64,000 nucleotides of DNA from Desulfomonilia bacterium (GTDB taxonomy: Bacteria > Desulfobacterota > Desulfomonilia > UBA1062). Positions 23,073 through 33,680 of the stretch are shown here, in pieces. Position 1 is the first letter of the stretch. The number at the start of each line of letters is the position of its first letter. The DNA is taken from contig CAXXDQ010000004.1 of assembly GCA_963664325.2 (NCBI GenBank), positions 1-64,000 of the forward strand, given 5' to 3'. Both the position numbers and the translations under genes were made by a program. Below the pieces are notes generated by a model. The model saw only the letters and a list, made by a program, of their open reading frames with translations. It was not told the DNA's origin and ran no database searches.

Positions 23073-23103
23073 ATACAGGCCAAAGAAACTCTATGGCCTG
23101 TAT
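23073..23103 (-). terminator. Probable terminator after sod
   Basis: atacaggcca/tggcctgtat stem flanked by A/T runs. Confidence 0.55.
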
Positions 23104-23134
23104 ATTTTATAAAAATAAAATCAAAAAAACAAGA

Positions 23135-23860
23135 CTATTTTGCTTTTGCGTAAAGCTCTGCAACCTTTTTCCAGTTTACCACGTGCCACCAGTTTTCAAT
23201 GTATTCTGGTCTGCGGTTCTGATATTTTAAGTAGTATGAGTGCTCCCATACGTCAAGCGTAAGAATAGGCGAGCCTTTTACTTCGGCAATGTCCATAAGC
23301 GGGTTATCCTGGTTAGGCGTTGATGTAACAACAAGCTTGCCGCCTGAAACTACAAGCCAAGCCCAGCCGGAGCCGAAGCGTGTAGCGCCCGCGTTGCTGA
23401 ATAATTTTTTGAATTCATCAAAGCTGCCGAATGTTTTATCAATTGCTTCTGCAAGTTCGCCTTCCGGTTTGCCGCCCGCGTTTGGCCCCATTACCGACCA
23501 GAAAAGGTTGTGGTTCCATACTCCGCCCCCGTTGTTTCTTACAGCCGGAGCGTATTTTGAAACTACCGAGAAAATTTCTTCGAATGATTTTCCTTCAAGG
23601 TCGGTGCCTGCAAGGGCGTTGTTAAAGTTGTTAACATAAGCCTGGTGATGTTTTGAGTGATGAATTTCCATTGTCATTTTATCAACATATGGTTCAAGCG
23701 CGTCATACGCGTAAGGTAGCTGTACTAATTCAAATTTCGACATGATATTATTTCTCCTGGTTAATTTATTATTTAAAAGTTCAATCTTTTTTGCGTAGCC
23801 GTTTACCGCTCCCGCAGCAGTAAAGGCGCCAAGCGACAATAAGAATTTTTTTCTATCCAT
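23135..23860 (-). CDS. sodA: Mn/Fe superoxide dismutase (Mn-type residues) with a Tat-like N-terminal extension
   Basis: [37 protein letters not shown]. Confidence 0.93.
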   Translation of the reverse strand: MDRKKFLLSLGAFTAAGAVNGYAKKIELLNNKLTRRNNIMSKFELVQLPYAYDALEPYVDKMTMEIHHSKHHQAYVNNFNNALAGTDLEGKSFEEIFSVVSKYAPAVRNNGGGVWNHNLFWSVMGPNAGGKPEGELAEAIDKTFGSFDEFKKLFSNAGATRFGSGWAWLVVSGGKLVVTSTPNQDNPLMDIAEVKGSPILTLDVWEHSYYLKYQNRRPEYIENWWHVVNWKKVAELYAKAK

Positions 23861-24171
23861 TTTAATTTAATGCTTTTTTATTGCAGATACTTATTAAACA
23901 TTCATGCTTAAAAAAAAGTTGCAACATTTAAAAATATTTTATGGAAAAAATAATTATTTCCGTATTTGTTGTTTTTATTTATTATTTTTGTTCTTGTTAA
24001 CTACAATAAACTTTTTAAAGTAAAACGATATTTCTTTCAGGGGAAAGGGAAAAGCCTCTTCGGTATCAGGAATATAATTGTAATAAATCCATTCGTTAGT
24101 TTTAGACTCGTTTTCAGAATAGGGCAGTATATACGGCTTTACCGAAAGCTCTGATTCGTGTAAATATTTGT

Positions 24172-24303
24172 ATGGCTCCGCACTTCAGAGCGGAGATTAA
24201 GCGGGCTCAGTATGAGGACTTTAGTCCTTTTGTGCAAAGCAATTGTTGGGCTGAAGCCCATCCCTTTTTTGAGGCGTGTCTCCGCCATAAATGGCGGAGT
24301 TAG
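24172..24303. repeat. Cluster of short REP-like hairpins
   Basis: ctccgcacttcagagcggag, aggactttagtcct, tgggctgaagccca, ctccgccataaatggcggag; the last recurs at about 25731. Confidence 0.7.
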
Positions 24304-24336
24304 TTATGTTTTTATAATTATCTATTTGGAAATTTT

Positions 24337-25411
24337 ATGCGTGGTTTTTGCAAGAAATTTGTAACAATTATTACATTGTCAATTATTTTATTTTCGTTTA
24401 ATTCCTGCAAGTCGTCATCCCCCTCTCCGGAAGAGGAAAAACCGGCAGCCCCGGGGAGAAGGGATTATAACTGGACGATTGATACAATAATTCATCCTTC
24501 TTCTTACCTTACAAGATTTTGGGGCACATCCTCAACTGACCTTTGGGCATCCGGCTCCGGGCCATTTATAAAATATAACCTTTGGCATTTTAATGGGAAA
24601 ACCTGGGAACAGGGGAATATACTTTTTACAGGAAGAATTAATATTAATTCTATTTTTGGCTTTTCAAACAATAATATTTGGATTGGAGGAGATGTAGGGA
24701 AAATCCTTCATTGGAATGGAATTGAGTGGAGTGAAAGCCTCCAATTTTCTTCTACCGGTTACAGAATAATAGATTTTAAACGGGATATGGGGGGATTCGC
24801 CTGATAATATTTATGCTGTAGGAGCATACGACAGCCTTATAAATAACCGGGATCACAGCAATGGACTAATATTTCATTATGATGGAAGTAAATGGGATAG
24901 GGTAAACATAAAGAAAAATGATTTCCAGTTTCATAAAATATTTAAAGAAAAAAATGGTAACGGATTGTACTATCTGCTCGGATGTTGTTCTGATTATATA
25001 ACTTTAAGGGATACGTTGAAATTTTTTGAGTTTAACGGAAAAAGTATAAGGGAGATATACTCACAACTTTACACAGACTATACATCGCTATCCATGACTT
25101 ATATTGACGGAAAAATATACTATGTTATAAATAATGACATTTGCAGGTATGTAAATGGTAAATTCGAAATAAAGAAAACAATAAACGGGATAAACAGAGG
25201 TTATATACTTTCCGGCAGAAGTGAAAACGATTTGTTCTTTGCTATGCCGGATGGAATTGTTCACTATAATGGGACAGATTTGCAGTACATATATAAAAAA
25301 CCGGAATCGTCACTAATCTGGGACGCGTTTGTTTTTGAAAATGAAGTGTTTTTTTTAATTGATAGCAATAAGGATAAAAGCTATATCGTAAAAGGAATTT
25401 TAAAACAATGA
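24337..25411 (+). CDS. Hypothetical beta-propeller lipoprotein, frameshift at about 24780
   Basis: Lipobox FNSC and repeated WG.S..D.WA.G / HWNG..W units continuing into ORF 24965..25411. Confidence 0.7.
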
Positions 25412-25431
25412 GGTGACAGCCCCTGAAATAA

Positions 25432-25757
25432 AAGACAGATAGCGTTGCACCGCTATCTGCCTTTAAACGAACTGCCTTACCAGACTAGCTATCTGAAAGA
25501 TTTCAATTCAAAGAATTCATCAGGGCATTTCAACCTCTGCCAGCGAAGGAACACTCCTTCGCGATGCCGAAATTGTAATGTTCCTTAAAGGAAAGGTCTT
25601 TCGCTGGCGGGGTTAAAAGACCTCACCCTGCCTTCTCCTTCGCAAGGAGAGGGTTTTTGTAGGGGACGGGCATGCCCGTCCGCACCTTTTTTGTAGGGCA
25701 CAGGCATGCCTGTGCCCTACAAAATACAGGGCCTCCGCCTTAAATGGCGGAGGTGTA
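25432..25757. repeat. Mosaic of several REP-like palindrome families between convergent genes
   Basis: Includes gtagggcacaggcatgcctgtgccctac, gtaggggacgggcatgcccgtcc, ctccttcgcaaggag, gcgaaggaacactccttcgc and cctccgccttaaatggcggagg. Confidence 0.8.
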
Positions 25758-25807
25758 AAATTAAAATAATTATTCTGTGGAGGCTTGCTGAAGAGGCTTG
25801 AAAATAG

Positions 25808-26158
25808 TTACACCCCAAACGAATTTCCGCAGCCGCACGTCTTAGCTGCGTTCGGGTTGCTGAATGAGAATCCTTTTCCGTTCAGGCCGCCGCTGTAGTC
25901 AAGTACTGTACCAGAAAGGTAAAAAAGACTTTTACCGTCAACAAAAAGCTTTACATCATCAATCTCAATAACGGTATCACCATCTTTCGCGTTTTCATCA
26001 AAACCCATAGTATAGGTCAACCCTGAGCATCCGCCCCCTTTTACCCCCAGCCTTAAACCGCAAGTATCGGGTATCTCATTTTCAGTCATAATTTTTTTTA
26101 TTTCTTTCACCGCTTTTTCGGTCACGCTGATATCATTTATCTGAGCTTCGCTGTTCAT
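25808..26158 (-). CDS. iscA: A-type Fe-S carrier (HesB/IscA/ErpA family)
   Basis: GGGCSGLTY and NPNAAKTCGCGNSF. Confidence 0.92.
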   Translation of the reverse strand: MNSEAQINDISVTEKAVKEIKKIMTENEIPDTCGLRLGVKGGGCSGLTYTMGFDENAKDGDTVIEIDDVKLFVDGKSLFYLSGTVLDYSGGLNGKGFSFSNPNAAKTCGCGNSFGV

Positions 26159-26286
26159 TTTTGTCTCTGTTTGTTTATTAATTCATATTCTTATTACAAC
26201 AGAAAAAAAAGCAGTTAATCTATATAAACCTCAAACAAGGTATAACTTCGGTATGGAATAAACCTGGCTTACATACCTCATCAATT

Positions 26287-26598
26287 TTAACTTTCTTTAG
26301 GAAAAGGTATCGCGGATGAAAATTCAGGTAAATTAAGCTTCCAGCCAATTGAGTTCACTTTTTTAATTATGTTCTCCTTTTCAAGGTGACTTATAAATTC
26401 AACGGCAAGTTTTTCGGCCTGCTGATAGGTTACCTTAATTTCCTTTTTTTCGAAATATTTCTGTATGCCGTACTGAACATCCCTGAAAAAAATATTTGAG
26501 TTGTGGAATACAGGATATTTGGCTTTTAAAAACTCTAAAAAGCTCTGCCTGTTTCCGGTTAATATAGATAATAATTCCTGGTTGTTTTTGCTGTTCAT
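26287..26598 (-). CDS. Hypothetical protein
   Basis: 103-aa ORF with SD AAGGA, same strand as iscA. Confidence 0.65.
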   Translation of the reverse strand: MNSKNNQELLSILTGNRQSFLEFLKAKYPVFHNSNIFFRDVQYGIQKYFEKKEIKVTYQQAEKLAVEFISHLEKENIIKKVNSIGWKLNLPEFSSAIPFPKES

Positions 26599-26740
26599 AA
26601 TTTATCCTTAATTATTACCGGTAGTTAAACCGGCTTGTTAAACTAACACTTCAATCTATTAAAAAATTCCATTAATATTTATTTAATAAAAAGAAAATTC
26701 GTTATTTTTGCAAATCTTTTATTTTAAGCATTTTATTATA

Positions 26741-27642
26741 ATGATCAAAGAAAAATGCCCTGTATGCAGTTCAGATGAAAACCGATACACGGGTAAACCT
26801 GTTATAAACAATACAGCCCGTTCAATCATAAAGTTTGATTATTCTGTTGTGCAGTGCCTTAACTGTACCGCCTATTATGTTTCCACCGCAGATAAATTTT
26901 ACAAAAGATGAATGGAAACTTTTATATAAACCAGGAATACTTTGCGGTACAGACAGAATGGCTTGTTAAAACCAGGCGAAAAGAATTGAAAAACAGAATA
27001 GACCGCCTGGAAAAAGCGGTTAGCAAAAAAAATATCAATTTCCTTGATGTAGGCTGCGGAGAGGGGAATGCCTCGTTGATGGCAATGGAAAGAGGATGGC
27101 ATGTAACTGCAATTGATATTACCGATAACAGGGGAGAAACCGCAAAAAAAAGTGAAATGAATTTTTATGAAGGGGAACTGACATCATTAAAACTGCAGGA
27201 AGGCGGTTTTGATGTTGTGTATATGGATTCGGTTTTGGAACATGTAATAAATCCTGTTGACTACTTAAATGAAATATTCAGACTTCTTAAAAAAGAGGGC
27301 GTTTTATATATCGGCGTACCAAATGAAGACGCGCTGCAGAATGATGTGAAAAAAATAATTTATAACTTAACCGGCAAAAAGGGAATTGCGCCGCAGCTAA
27401 AACCGTTTGATACACCTTATCATATTGTCGGGTTTAATAAAAAATCGATCAAATATATAATAAATAAATGCGGTTTTAATATATTAGAACTGCGCAACTT
27501 TGGAAGAAAATGTGAGTTCCTCGGCTCACCTGTAGGGAGCAAAGGATTTTATTTCAACCTGTTGATGCTTCCATTTGAAGTACTTGGCTACGCACTTCAG
27601 CGTGATGTTTACTACGAAGCTATTCTTATAAAAACTAATTAA
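26741..27642 (+). CDS. Class I SAM-dependent methyltransferase with an N-terminal Zn ribbon, frameshift at about 26885
   Basis: CPVC...CLNC, then FLDVGCGEG and VLEHVINP. Confidence 0.85.
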
Positions 27643-27713
27643 AATGATTGTTTGTTTGAATCAGAACTATTATTAAATAAAGAATTAGTTCTTAATTTCC
27701 CCCTTTAATAAAG

Positions 27714-27938
27714 CTACTCATTACCCACATCTAAGAATACTTTGTAGGCTTCAGTAATTTGGGCATTTTTTCACTATTATGACATGCATTTGTTGAGTTT
27801 TTATTTCCAAGTTTTAGGTTTTACGTTATAATTGCCTCTAAATACCCCATTTTTAACCCCACTTTTCTTTGCTACTTACTAATTTTTAGCCCTTTATATT
27901 ATTCCATTTAGCCTTTTTGAGATGTGGGTAATGAGTAG
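27714..27938. mobile_element. 225-bp MITE with 19-bp perfect TIRs and a 10-bp target-site duplication
   Basis: TIR ctactcattacccacatct / agatgtgggtaatgagtag; tttaataaag repeated at 27704-27713 and 27939-27948. Confidence 0.9.
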
Positions 27939-27971
27939 TTTAATAAAGGGGGGCAGGGGGGATTTCTACTG

Positions 27972-28273
27972 CCCAAGTGTAATCAAAACTAATACTTATC
28001 TAAATTTAATTTTTCTTTTTGCATTTGGCTTTGCTTTTGAGGCATACAAATCCCCCTTAATCCCCCTTTATTAAAGGGGGAAAAACTGATATGCAGTAGA
28101 GGCCTCGCGAAGGAATGTTCCTTCGCTGGCAGGGCATTAATTTTAAGGCATTGAGCAAGATGGATTCTTACTCCCCAAGTGTAATCAAAACTAATACTTT
28201 TTTCTATTTGTATTTGGCTTTGCTTTTAAGGCATACAAATCCCCCTTAATCCCCCTTTATTAAAGGGGGAAAA
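27972..28273. repeat. Two roughly 105-bp direct repeats, each ending in the ccccctttattaaaggggg palindrome
   Basis: 27972-28084 aligns with 28174-28273. Confidence 0.85.
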
Positions 28274-28429
28274 ATGACTTGTTTTCTTCTCAGTGTCCTT
28301 AGTGCTCTTAGTGGTTACAAAATATATTCCTGCCACTCATATAAGGGCTTTGAGGTTTTATATAATTTTATTACTTTTATCATTTAATTTCCGGCGCGAA
28401 AACCTTAATTTTTCTTAAATAAAACATAA

Positions 28430-30529
28430 ATGCGATACTTATATATTTTAATATTATTTACTATTTTTTTTGGCGGTTGTAAAGATAATAATCCCGTAGA
28501 TTCAGTTGACTCAAAAGGGGGAAAGCCTTTAGTATCATTAATAAGCCCTGCAAATAACTATAATGCGGTTGACAGCGTAATGATTGAGGCTGACGCGGCT
28601 GACGATAAAGGGGTTGTTAAGGTTGAAATTTATATAGATAATGCTGCCGGCGATTTCAGAACATTCTATTCTAAACCATATAAATATACATGGAATACCA
28701 GTCTTGCCGCAGACGGCTCGGCTCATACAGTTTTTGCAAAGGCGTATGATGCTGACGGGAACAGTACAACTTCGGATGTGATTAATATTTCAGTTTACAG
28801 GCTTCAGCCTTCTAACCTTTCGGCAACTTTGATTTCAGATTCCCTTGCGCTTATCAAATGGCACGATAACAGTACAATTGAAACCGGCTTTGAAATTGAA
28901 CAGAGATCGCGCAATACACAATTTGCAGTTGTAAAAACCGCAAAGACAAACGATACTTCCGCATATCTTACAGGCCCTTTTCTTGCCGATTCTGTTTATT
29001 ACTTCCGTATTGCGGCCAAAACGAACACACAAAAAAGCGGTTATTCAAATATTGATTCATTGGAATTCACTATCGATTCACCGACCAACGTTAAAGCGAC
29101 TGTAATTTCAGATACATTGATTGCCCTGACCTGGCAGGATAACAGCAATAACGAAACCGGTTTTACCGTCGAACAGAGCAGCGACGGAATAGCATATTCA
29201 CCATATAAAACATTTGCAGCTAATTCTGTAAGCGGAAATGTTACTGGAATATATAACACTACATCATCTTATTATTTCAGGGTAAAGGCGATATCCAAAT
29301 ACAGCTCAAGCACATTTGCCGTCTCGGCGCCTGTAAAAATAAAAATAAATCCTCCATCCGATCTTAAAATGACATCAGTCAATTCTTCTTCAGTAAAACT
29401 TGAATGGAAGGACAACTGCACTTTTGATAAGTGGGCTGAAGTTGAAAGAAAAATAAATACCGGAAGTTTTGAGGTTATTGCAAAACCTGCAGCAGGAATA
29501 AATTATTTCACTGATACGGCGCTTGATAAGGCAAATACATATTATTACAGGGTAAAAGCCTATACTTATCATAATTCCTCCGACTATATTGATTTATTGA
29601 AGATTAGCGCAACATTAAAAGGGTATCAGACCACAAGGATTTTTGGCGCGGATGAAAATGTCAACTCTATTTCAGTCAGCCCTGATGGCAAATATATTGC
29701 TTCCGGCGGCAGCGGGAATATAGTAAAAATAAGAAATACAAAAGATGGAAAGGTAGAAAAGTCTTTTACCGGTTTTACAGCTCCTGTTAATTATGTAGCC
29801 TTCAGCCCAGATGGTCTACAGGTTGCGGCATGCAGCCAGGATAAAACAATAAAGATTTGGCGTGTTTCAGACGGTCAGCTTATGAAAGATTTTACATCGC
29901 ACACCGCGTCTGTAAGCTCAATTTGCTACAGCAAAGACGGTCAGCTTCTTTTAAGCGGGGGATATGACAGGAAAGTTAACTTATGGCGAGTCACCGACGG
30001 GGTGCTTCTTAAAACGCTTCAGGGGCACTCAGCCTCGGTTACAGCGGTTACATTAAGCCCTGACGGAGACCTTGCGGCAAGCGGATCAACTTCAGAAGAG
30101 AATAAAATAAAAACCTGGCGGATGATTGATACGTCATTTGTCAGGGACTTGCCGGATAGTTCCTCGCCGGTATATGCCCTTTGTTTCAGCCCAAGCAGCC
30201 AGTATCTTGTCTCCGGTTACGCAAACGGCAACATAATACTCTGGTATGCCTCGTCGGGTAAGTATACCAATAACCTGCCGGGACATCTTTCGGCAATAAG
30301 CAGCGTCTCGTTTAACGGTGACGGTACAAAGCTTATCAGCGCCAGTTATGATAAGACAATTAAAGTATGGCGTATAAGTGATGGACAACTTCAGTTTACA
30401 CTTGACGGGCATACGGATATAGTAAAACAGGCTGTCTTTTTCCCTGATAATCAGGTAATTGCAAGCTGCGGTTTTGATAAGAGCATCCGCATTTGGGAGG
30501 TAGTTTACCAGTGGGGAACAGGGCAGTAA
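28430..30529 (+). CDS. Lipoprotein with Ig-like, FN3 and WD40 domains
   Basis: Lipobox FGGC, ADAADDKGVVKVE Ig domain, three W.DNS..E FN3 units, seven GH..V...FSPDG...DKTIKIW repeats. Confidence 0.88.
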   Translation: MRYLYILILFTIFFGGCKDNNPVDSVDSKGGKPLVSLISPANNYNAVDSVMIEADAADDKGVVKVEIYIDNAAGDFRTFYSKPYKYTWNTSLAADGSAHTVFAKAYDADGNSTTSDVINISVYRLQPSNLSATLISDSLALIKWHDNSTIETGFEIEQRSRNTQFAVVKTAKTNDTSAYLTGPFLADSVYYFRIAAKTNTQKSGYSNIDSLEFTIDSPTNVKATVISDTLIALTWQDNSNNETGFTVEQSSDGIAYSPYKTFAANSVSGNVTGIYNTTSSYYFRVKAISKYSSSTFAVSAPVKIKINPPSDLKMTSVNSSSVKLEWKDNCTFDKWAEVERKINTGSFEVIAKPAAGINYFTDTALDKANTYYYRVKAYTYHNSSDYIDLLKISATLKGYQTTRIFGADENVNSISVSPDGKYIASGGSGNIVKIRNTKDGKVEKSFTGFTAPVNYVAFSPDGLQVAACSQDKTIKIWRVSDGQLMKDFTSHTASVSSICYSKDGQLLLSGGYDRKVNLWRVTDGVLLKTLQGHSASVTAVTLSPDGDLAASGSTSEENKIKTWRMIDTSFVRDLPDSSSPVYALCFSPSSQYLVSGYANGNIILWYASSGKYTNNLPGHLSAISSVSFNGDGTKLISASYDKTIKVWRISDGQLQFTLDGHTDIVKQAVFFPDNQVIASCGFDKSIRIWEVVYQWGTGQ

Positions 30530-30701
30530 AAATTACCGGTAAAAAAAATTAATCTTCAGTAAGAAAATTTTATTTTAGGCTCAAATCTTTAATAAAAAAC
30601 CCCATTTGTTGCGCAAATTTAAGCATAACTTTTGGCATTAATTTTGAGTAATAATAGTTTCTCATCCTGGGCAAAAATCGTGTAACTATTAATTTAAGAT
30701 A

Positions 30702-31922
30702 ATGAAAGAAAGTGAAAGAATTTCTGCAGTGTGTAATGAAATAACAAAAATGCCAAAAACCGAAATTGAATTTAGTTCTCGCGGGGCAACTATTTTATCT
30801 AATTTTTTCCCGGTTAGCTGCATATCAGCGTTGGAAAATGCAAATGACTTAATTTTGCTGGTTAATATAAACTCAACCATTGAGTATTCAAGCCGGTTTG
30901 TCTTTGAACTTGCCGGATTTACATCAAATGAAATAATCGGCAGATCATTCTATAGTTTTTTCCCCTTTCAGGAAGCTGTAAGGCTGCATGCAATTTTTAA
31001 GGAAATACTGCTTGAAAAAAGGAAGTTTTCGCTCCTTAGAGTAACACTCTTCTCCAAATCCGGCGAAAAGATAGTGGCGGAAGTAAACGGCGTGCCGATT
31101 TTTAAAGACGGCAATGACCTTACAGGATATTTTTGTATAATTAGAAATATTACCGAAAGAGAAAAAGCAGAAGAGCAGCTTGCAGAGCTTGTAAACGAAT
31201 TAAAGGATAGTATTTCGGTAAAAGACAAGTTTTTCTCAATTGTGGCTCACGATCTGAAGACCCCATTCCACGGGCTTCTCGGGCTTTCCGGTATTTTATT
31301 AAGCGAATTTGACAGCCTGAAACCGGAAGAGATAAAAAAATATCTGTCGCACCTGAATACAAGCGCCAAGTCAGTATATAATCTTGTAAACGACCTTCTG
31401 AACTGGGCAAGAATGCAGACCAACCGATATGATTTCCAGCCGGAGAAGGTTTCTTTATTCACTGAAGTATTTAAAGTTGAGCAGTTATTGCACGAAAATA
31501 CATTTGCAAAGGGGATAAAAATAATTAATAATATTAACAGAAATGTGTTTTTATGGGCCGATATGACCATGCTCCAGTCTATTCTTTTAGGGCTGTTGTC
31601 AAATGCCGTTAAATTCTCATATCCGGGGAATGAAGTAATCGTCGAATCGAATCCGCTTGATGACATGGAGTTAGTCAGAGTGGTTGATAATGGAATAGGC
31701 ATTCCTCAGGATGAACTGTCTAAATTATTCAAACCGGATACCCACTACACAACTCCCGGTACCCAGAAGGAGATAGGAACAGGCTTGGGCCTGCTTATCT
31801 GCAAGGAGCAGGTTGAGAAAAATGGCGGCCGTATCTGGGTTGAAAGTATTGAAAATAAAGGCTCTACTTTCTTCTTTACACTGCCGAGAATAAATGCTTC
31901 CTATATAGGCGGAATAGATTAA
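30702..31922 (+). CDS. PAS-domain sensor histidine kinase
   Basis: KDKFFSIVAHDLKTPF, NAVKFS, GTGLGL. Confidence 0.9.
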   Translation: MKESERISAVCNEITKMPKTEIEFSSRGATILSNFFPVSCISALENANDLILLVNINSTIEYSSRFVFELAGFTSNEIIGRSFYSFFPFQEAVRLHAIFKEILLEKRKFSLLRVTLFSKSGEKIVAEVNGVPIFKDGNDLTGYFCIIRNITEREKAEEQLAELVNELKDSISVKDKFFSIVAHDLKTPFHGLLGLSGILLSEFDSLKPEEIKKYLSHLNTSAKSVYNLVNDLLNWARMQTNRYDFQPEKVSLFTEVFKVEQLLHENTFAKGIKIINNINRNVFLWADMTMLQSILLGLLSNAVKFSYPGNEVIVESNPLDDMELVRVVDNGIGIPQDELSKLFKPDTHYTTPGTQKEIGTGLGLLICKEQVEKNGGRIWVESIENKGSTFFFTLPRINASYIGGID

Positions 31923-32068
31923 TTAACAGCTAAATGCGCTGTAAATTGATTTATATACCCAAATTGTAAAAATTCAATTTTAAATTATTATCCTTGATAA
32001 ATCAAGAAAAAGTCTGATACATTCATATTTTCGGTGGCAAATATTGCTTCTTAAAATAAATAGAATTG

Positions 32069-32144
32069 TTCCCCGCAGATCGCGCAGATTAACGCAGATG
32101 AAAACATTTTAATTTCTGCGTAAATCTGCGAAATCAGCGGGAAA
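32069..32144. repeat. CGCAGA-unit palindromic element, copy 3
   Basis: cccgcagatcgcgcagattaacgcagat ... tctgcgtaaatctgcgaaatcagcggg. Confidence 0.85.
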
Positions 32145-32368
32145 TTATGCGTTTGTTATTCAATGGCAAGTTTTTCTTGTAATTGATTCATTCAATTTTA
32201 TGCTTTATTTCTTTTGCCGCTGATTATGTGGATGTACCAAAAGTTTTTTGATTGTTCTTTGGTCTTTAAATTTTACTTGTTTTTTTGTTTTATATATTTA
32301 TTTTATAACAAGGCTATGCGATTTTTTTTGCCGGGAGCTGGTATGAATATTTTTTATGAGATTATGTT

Positions 32369-33268
32369 ATGGAATACGAGACTATAAGTATATTAGCTGA
32401 AAAAGGTGAGACGGGTACTATTATAAGTACAGTGAAGGGAATACAGTTCAAGAATCCCGACCTCAGTATTGGCTCTCCAAGATACGGACAGTTAAGTAAC
32501 CGTATGATTATAAGCTACAGAGTTCCCAAAAACCAGCACAAACAGATTGTCTCTCTTTTTACCATGCGCGATTTGAAAATTATTACCCGTGATGAGGATG
32601 TGCTAAATATTATCAGCAATACCCGTAAAACAATAATTGCCGAAAATATTTCATCTGGTCAAACACAGCCCCTCTCTGAAAATGACAGTAAAATAAAAAA
32701 GCCAACCATGGGTATTGTGGAACTTGAGGATTTTGCGAAACGGGGAAACTACCAGGAAATAATTAAAATATCAAAGGATATTATCAATTACGGTACAGAC
32801 ATGGTAGATAGAGCCAAAAATGTTCTATCTGAAGCTGTTAAAGTTTCTATCACAAATGCCTATAACAGCGGTATGATGTATCCGTCAAAGGTTGATGAAT
32901 CGGTTGACCTGCTGCTGAAAATCGCTTCGGATGTGAATCTTAAATCGATGAACAAGATGGATATTTTAAGGCAGGCCGGCATGCTCTCAATTGATATATG
33001 TGTAAAACATATAAAGTATATCGATAAGCTGATCTCTATCTGTAATTTTAACTCAATTCCTCATATTATTAATCTGAAAGCGGCAGTAAAATTTTCGGAG
33101 GTGGTTTTCGAAAATAAGGAGCAGTTTAAGGATGATCTTGATATAGCTGTAAGAGACCTGAATAATAAATGGATAGCAATCTGCAATGATGTTGCCGGCA
33201 GGGAGTTATCTGCCGAAGAAGTAACCGCTCTCAATAAACTTCTTGATTATGTTCAGCTGAAAAGATAA
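32369..33268 (+). CDS. Hypothetical protein
   Basis: 299-aa ORF with no recognised motif. Confidence 0.7.
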   Translation: MEYETISILAEKGETGTIISTVKGIQFKNPDLSIGSPRYGQLSNRMIISYRVPKNQHKQIVSLFTMRDLKIITRDEDVLNIISNTRKTIIAENISSGQTQPLSENDSKIKKPTMGIVELEDFAKRGNYQEIIKISKDIINYGTDMVDRAKNVLSEAVKVSITNAYNSGMMYPSKVDESVDLLLKIASDVNLKSMNKMDILRQAGMLSIDICVKHIKYIDKLISICNFNSIPHIINLKAAVKFSEVVFENKEQFKDDLDIAVRDLNNKWIAICNDVAGRELSAEEVTALNKLLDYVQLKR

Positions 33269-33281
33269 TTGGAACCTGGTA

Positions 33282-33540
33282 GATGCTGTCTCAAAAGCTA
33301 AAAAGTACGAATACATATTCAATAAAAAATTAGTCCAATTCCCTTTCGCCGGCGAAGGGGTGCCCAAAGGGCGGGGTAGTGGCTCTGATAAAGGAGTTCG
33401 ACACCCCGCCCTTCGGGTACCCCTCTACAAGAGTAATGGCACTAAGATAAAACAAAAATTGTCATTGCGAGTCAACAAAAAAGGCGGTGCCTTTATTCAA
33501 AAATAAAATGACATCCGGTGGCATAGGCATCCCTGCCTAT
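33282..33540. repeat. REP/MITE mosaic ending at the apparent junction
   Basis: gatgctgtctcaaaag end, aagggcgggg...ccccgccctt, ataggcatccctgcctat. Confidence 0.65.
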
Positions 33541-33679
33541 CGGAAAGCTGCTTACAAACGACGAGCTGTATCAGGCACTGCTGGAGGCTATCAAAAATAC
33601 AAACAGGGCGGCTCAGGGCATATCTGAGCAGACGCCGATTACTGTTATGGGTTCCTTGTTAGCTCCGATGATAAGGTAG
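33539..33679 (+). CDS. 3' fragment of a probable MlaD/MCE family protein
   Basis: IGKLLTNDELYQALLEAIKNTNRAAQGISEQTPITVMGSLL*, which resembles MlaD C-terminal helices; no 5' part is present. Confidence 0.55.
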   Translation: MGKLLTNDELYQALLEAIKNTNRAAQGISEQTPITVMGSLLAPMIR

Positions 33680-33680
33680 G

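Noticed and set aside
27972-28273. CRISPR array
   Set aside because: Only two long repeats, no regular repeat-spacer period, and no cas genes.
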